Shown here piece after piece: positions 60,050-64,000 of a stretch of DNA of 64,000 nt. The stretch is taken from assembly GCA_018713665.1 (NCBI GenBank), contig DVOI01000001.1:6346-70345 (forward strand), read 5' to 3'. The notes below the pieces were generated by a model that had not been told where the DNA came from, ran no database searches, and was given only the letters and a program-made list of their open reading frames with translations. Both the position numbers and the translations under genes were made by a program. The stretch is from Candidatus Ornithoclostridium faecigallinarum. Its GTDB lineage: Bacteria > Bacillota > Clostridia > Christensenellales > UBA3700. Every line of letters begins with the position of its first letter. Position 1 is the stretch's first letter.

Positions 60050-61828
60050 ATGACAAGGACAAGGTATTTCGGAATTTTCGCAATCGCAGTCGTCGCGCTC
60101 GTCGCGGTTACGGCGATGCTTTTTTGCGCCGCGCCGACCGCTGTCGCGGAGACGAACGCCGAGATCAAGATTGCGCCCGACGAGACGAGTCTTTACGCCG
60201 CATACGACGGGCATGTCGCCTACACGACCAAGGACGGGGTGCTGCACCTGTCGACCATCGGAAATTCTGTTTCAAAAGGCTTTTCGGGTACAGCTTTGGA
60301 CATTGCGATGACCGAAGATTACGTCTTCTTGCTTACAGATAGCAGCGGCAATAAAAAACTTGCGGCTTATTCCGTCACGGACGGAGTTTTGAGCGAAGAA
60401 CAAGACGTGTTCGAAAAGTTTGCGGTCAGCGACTCTCTCTATGCGCAATTTGCAAACAAAATCGACTCCATCACCGTGACGGGTAACATGTTAACCGTTT
60501 CGGCCGGAGACGCAGGAGACTACACTTGGTTTTGTTCTATTCCTTTCTCCGCTCAAGCGTTGTCTTCCCTGTCCATCAATCTCGGTCTCGGAACAGTCGA
60601 TGATATGGCGACAACCGATGCTGCCGCCGACGATACATATTTGGTCTATGCCGTCTTTGACGGAGATCTCTGTTTTTTACGCCTTCCGGCTACTCCGGTA
60701 GAAGCTCAACCGATAGAAACAAGCGGCAAATGGCTCTCTGTCGCCGCGCTTGACGGTGAAATCTATGCCGCCGCGACGGACGGCGTCTATCGCGTCGTCG
60801 ACGGCACGGCCGTCGTCAAAATTTCAGACGAAGTCGCCGACGGCGACATCCGTCCCTACTCCGAGGGCGGCACGCCCTATCTGCTCGTCCAAAACCGCGC
60901 CGAAAGCTCCATTGTTCAATACTCGATTAACATTGACAGCGACGAGCTCAAATATTACAGCGTTTTCGACAATGTCGTCTACGCCGCTCCGACCGAATAT
61001 CCGATTATGACGGTCGGCACGCTGTCCGCGGCGACGCAGGGTTACTTCTCGCCCAAGAATCTCAAGCCGATTGCCTCCCTCGACGCCGGCGACAACGTTT
61101 TGGTCCTCGCCGAAGTCGCGGCGGAAGACGGCTCTGCGGAAGGATACTACTATGTCCGCACGTCGGCGGACGCGGACGGCGAAATGTGCTATGTCCTCAA
61201 GTCGGCGTTGACTTTGCTCGAGCGCGGCGAGGGCTGGAAACACGGCAGCACGGCAGCGTCCACGCACAGCGGTTTGAAGGTGCTGCAATACCCGTTTGAC
61301 GGCGCGGCGGTGATTGCCACGGTGGGTCCCAAAGATGCCTTGGCGGTGATTGGCGACATAGGCAAATCCGCCGAGGGGTGGAATTGGCTGAGGGTGAGTT
61401 TGATGACCGCCGACGGCACGGTCGCGGACGGTTACGTCACCGAAGAGGACCTCGGTCCGTACGGGCCGTACGAAATGCCGTCGTTCGGCGTCGACGCAAT
61501 CGTCAACGCGGACAAGCTGGGCGAGGCGGTCAATGTCTATTCGCTGCCCGAAGAGCGCGACGAACTCGTCATCGACACTTTGACGGACGGCGAGGTGGTG
61601 CGGCTGGCGGCAGAGGGGCTCAACGTCGACGAAGAGTGGACGCTGATCGGCTACGAAACAGAGGACGGCACCGCAATGAGCGGCTATGTCAAGACGGCCT
61701 ATCTGTCCGAGGGCGGATTGACGACGCTGCAAGTCACGTTGATTGTCGTCGCATGCATAGTTGCCGTGGTCACGGTCGTCGTCGTGATTATCATCGCAAA
61801 AAAGCGCAAACGCGAACGCTACGAATAA
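60050..61828 (+). CDS. secreted, C-terminally membrane-anchored protein with propeller-like region and three SH3b-like repeats
   Basis: 592 aa; signal peptide ...[11 protein letters not shown]; SH3b-like units (GYYYVRT...[15 protein letters not shown]...[15 protein letters not shown]...GYVKTAYL); C-terminal TM helix plus KKRKRERYE. Confidence 0.6.
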   Translation: MTRTRYFGIFAIAVVALVAVTAMLFCAAPTAVAETNAEIKIAPDETSLYAAYDGHVAYTTKDGVLHLSTIGNSVSKGFSGTALDIAMTEDYVFLLTDSSGNKKLAAYSVTDGVLSEEQDVFEKFAVSDSLYAQFANKIDSITVTGNMLTVSAGDAGDYTWFCSIPFSAQALSSLSINLGLGTVDDMATTDAAADDTYLVYAVFDGDLCFLRLPATPVEAQPIETSGKWLSVAALDGEIYAAATDGVYRVVDGTAVVKISDEVADGDIRPYSEGGTPYLLVQNRAESSIVQYSINIDSDELKYYSVFDNVVYAAPTEYPIMTVGTLSAATQGYFSPKNLKPIASLDAGDNVLVLAEVAAEDGSAEGYYYVRTSADADGEMCYVLKSALTLLERGEGWKHGSTAASTHSGLKVLQYPFDGAAVIATVGPKDALAVIGDIGKSAEGWNWLRVSLMTADGTVADGYVTEEDLGPYGPYEMPSFGVDAIVNADKLGEAVNVYSLPEERDELVIDTLTDGEVVRLAAEGLNVDEEWTLIGYETEDGTAMSGYVKTAYLSEGGLTTLQVTLIVVACIVAVVTVVVVIIIAKKRKRERYE

Positions 61829-61844
61829 TTTTCGGGAGATATAT

Positions 61845-63122
61845 ATGAAAGCTACTTACACACAGCAGATTCTCGCGCGCAAGCTGGGGATCGATCCGTG
61901 CGACCCGTCGCTTGCCGGGGGCAACCTCGTGTTGGTCAACGCGGACGTCGCGCTGTCCAACGACGTGACCGCACCCGTCGCAATCGACGTGTTCCAAAAG
62001 AGCGGATGCGGACTTTGCGACAAATGTAAGGTCACGTTCGTGCTCGACCACTTCACCCCCAACCGCGACATCAAGTCGGCGCAGCAATGCAAGATTGTGC
62101 GCGATTTTGCGCGCGCCAACAACGTCGAGAACTTCTATGACGTCGGCGAAATGGGCATCGAGCACGCGCTTTTGCCCGAAAAGGGCATCGCCCTTCCCTG
62201 GACGGTGGTCATCGGCGCGGACAGCCACACCTGCACCTACGGCGCGCTGGGCGCGTTCTCTACGGGCGTGGGCAGCACCGACATCGCCGGCATAATGATG
62301 AGCGGCAAGATTTGGCTCAAAGTGCCGACCGCAATCAAGTTCAACCTGCACGGCAAGCTGCGCAAGGGCGTCGTCGGCAAAGATTTGATACTGTACATCA
62401 TCGGCATGATCGGTGTGGACGGCGCGCTCTACAAGTCGATAGAGTTCGGCGGCGAGGGCGTGGACAGCCTGAGCATGGACGACCGCTTCACCGTCTGCAA
62501 CATGGCGATTGAGTGCGGCGCAAAGAACGGTGTTTTCCCCGTCGACAAAAAGACGGACGAGTACACTCTCGAGAGCTGCGGCAAGACGTTCGACCGCTTT
62601 GCCGCCGCGGACGACGACGCATACGAGCGCGTGATCGACATCGATCTTTCGGCAATCCGTCCCGTAGTCGCGAAGCCGCATTTGCCGTCCAACACCGCAT
62701 TTGTCGACGAGGTCAAAGAGGAAATCAAGATCGATCAAGTCGTGATCGGCAGCTGCACCAACGGCAGATTGAGCGACCTCAAACAGGCGGCGGAAGTGCT
62801 CGAGGGCAAGCACGTCTCCCCCGACGTGCGCACGATCGTCATTCCGGCGACCAACAAAATCTATTTGCAGGCGCTCAAAGCCGGCTACATCGAGACGTTC
62901 ATCAAGGGCGGCGCGATTGTGTCCACGCCGACTTGCGGTCCCTGCCTCGGCGGACACATGGGCATTCTCGCGAGCGGCGAGGTCGCGGTGACGACGACCA
63001 ACCGCAATTTCATCGGCAGGATGGGCGCGAAGGACAGCTACATCTATCTCGCCTCTCCGGCAACCGCGATGGCAAGCGCGATTGCGGGCAAACTCGCCTC
63101 GGCAGGCGTCAAGGAGGACTGA
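61845..63122 (+). CDS. leuC: 3-isopropylmalate dehydratase large subunit
   Basis: 425 aa; aconitase-family Cys ligands (GSCTNGR, TCGPCLG); GGGAGA RBS. Confidence 0.88.
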   Translation: MKATYTQQILARKLGIDPCDPSLAGGNLVLVNADVALSNDVTAPVAIDVFQKSGCGLCDKCKVTFVLDHFTPNRDIKSAQQCKIVRDFARANNVENFYDVGEMGIEHALLPEKGIALPWTVVIGADSHTCTYGALGAFSTGVGSTDIAGIMMSGKIWLKVPTAIKFNLHGKLRKGVVGKDLILYIIGMIGVDGALYKSIEFGGEGVDSLSMDDRFTVCNMAIECGAKNGVFPVDKKTDEYTLESCGKTFDRFAAADDDAYERVIDIDLSAIRPVVAKPHLPSNTAFVDEVKEEIKIDQVVIGSCTNGRLSDLKQAAEVLEGKHVSPDVRTIVIPATNKIYLQALKAGYIETFIKGGAIVSTPTCGPCLGGHMGILASGEVAVTTTNRNFIGRMGAKDSYIYLASPATAMASAIAGKLASAGVKED

Positions 63123-63123
63123 T

Positions 63124-63612
63124 ATGCTTCAAGGAAAAGTTTTCAAATTCGGCGACGACATCGACACCGACATCATCGTTCCGGCGACCTATCTGTCGAC
63201 CTTCGACCCCAAAGAGCTCGCCAAGCATTGCATGGAATACACCGACCCCGATTTTTACAAGCAGGTCAAAGAGGGCGACATCATCGTCGCGGGCAAGAAT
63301 TTCGGATGCGGCTCGTCGCGTGAGCACGCGCCGATTGCGATCAAGGGCTGCGGCGTATCCATCGTGATTGCCAAGTCGTTTGCGCGCATCTTCTACCGCA
63401 ACGCGCTCAACATCGGGCTTTACATTTTGGAGTGCCCCGAGGCTGCGGACGCGATTTCGCAAGGCGACGACGTCAAAGTCGACGTCGACACCGGCGTCAT
63501 CACCGACGTGACGACGGGCAAGACCTTCAAGGCGGCGCCCTTCCCCAAGTTCATCCAGAACATCATCGAATGCGGCGGCTTGGTCAACGCGATCAAGGCG
63601 GGTAAATTTTGA
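63124..63612 (+). CDS. leuD: 3-isopropylmalate dehydratase small subunit
   Basis: 162 aa from ATG 63124; [13 protein letters not shown] motif. Confidence 0.88.
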   Translation: MLQGKVFKFGDDIDTDIIVPATYLSTFDPKELAKHCMEYTDPDFYKQVKEGDIIVAGKNFGCGSSREHAPIAIKGCGVSIVIAKSFARIFYRNALNIGLYILECPEAADAISQGDDVKVDVDTGVITDVTTGKTFKAAPFPKFIQNIIECGGLVNAIKAGKF

Positions 63613-63625
63613 TTTGAGGTGAGAT

Positions 63626-64000
63626 ATGGGTACATACAACATCACCGTCATACCCGGCGACGGAATCGGTCCCGAGGTCACTTCGAGCGCGGTCCGCGTG
63701 CTTGAAGAGGTCGGGGCAAAGTTCGGGCACAAGTTCAATTTCGAATACAGCATTTGCGGCGGCGCCGCCTACGACAAATACGGCGAGCCGCTCCCCAAGG
63801 AGAGCCTCGACAAGTGCTTGAACAGCGACAGCGTGCTGCTCGGCGCGGTCGGGGGGCCTCAATACGACTCTCTGCCGTACGAAAAGCGTCCCGAGCGCGC
63901 ATTGCTCGGCGTTCGCAAGGCGATGGGGCTTTACGCCAACCTTCGCCCTGCCAAATTGTTCGACGCGCTCGCCGACGTCTGCCCTCTCAAACACGCGAAG
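63626..64000 (+). CDS. leuB: 3-isopropylmalate dehydrogenase, 5' part (runs off the window)
   Basis: GAGGTG RBS, ATG 63626; MGTYNITVIPGDGIGPEV... 125 codons to the edge; not in the ORF track because no stop is reached. Confidence 0.85.
   Translation, partial: MGTYNITVIPGDGIGPEVTSSAVRVLEEVGAKFGHKFNFEYSICGGAAYDKYGEPLPKESLDKCLNSDSVLLGAVGGPQYDSLPYEKRPERALLGVRKAMGLYANLRPAKLFDALADVCPLKHAK

Noticed and set aside
60043-60342. 99-aa Arg-rich ORF starting at the first ATG after the -10 box
   Set aside because: It is out of frame with the signal-peptide frame and has non-protein-like composition. The 60050 frame encodes a coherent secreted protein.

Overview
This is a 64-kb GC-rich chromosomal segment, roughly 60% GC by eye. 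It looks like a spore-forming Clostridia-class Firmicute: it carries WhiA, CwlD, Veg, a YabM-like flippase next to MazG/YabN, GGAGG-type ribosome-binding sites (RBS), and dnaE-pfkA synteny. All function calls rest on ORF structure, RBS and overlap geometry, and motifs I recognise from memory. No searches were run.

I call 56 CDS, two of them cut by the window edges, plus about 35 promoters, terminators and repeats. I saw no rRNA, tRNA, CRISPR array, transposase, integrase or phage genes. The many long ORFs lying antisense to real genes are GC-driven shadow ORFs.

Gene content:
- A polar amino-acid ABC importer.
- HexNAc and galactoside catabolism and salvage: GH20, NagA, an esterase, GH27, and NahK-GalE-CapD.
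- Glycolysis: tandem ATP-type and PPi-type PFK, and enolase.
- Replication, envelope and sporulation housekeeping: DnaE, WhiA, MurB, Dus, MazG, CwlD, Ung, RsmF-like, a DEAD helicase, Veg and CdaA.
- A glycerol operon (glpK, DUF1667, oxidoreductase, glpA-like), lysC and leuCDB.
- Several uncharacterised surface lipoproteins.

Most interesting observations:
1. A tightly coupled six-gene operon at 27685-34280. It joins a YgbA_NO-type Cys-rich protein and a CydDC-like heterodimeric ABC exporter to an MptD-type ECF S-component, EcfT and a fused EcfAA'. It sits behind a consensus promoter with two tandem GGTTAG-N6-CTAACC palindromes.
2. A small ORF between dnaE and pfkA that is a clear TRAP (MtrB) homolog, with no trp or folE context.
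3. An amino-acid ABC ATPase carrying about 155 aa plus about 35 aa of Ala/Lys-rich coiled-coil-like insertions.
4. Six genes whose ATG lies 6-7 nt after a near-consensus -10 box with no RBS. This is leaderless-mRNA geometry and includes two compact divergent pairs.
5. An untracked 36-aa Cys-containing peptide gene with a perfect RBS and terminator.
6. A DnaA-box trio and direct repeats in a 382-nt non-coding gap.
7. A 17-nt motif recurring only in intergenic DNA.
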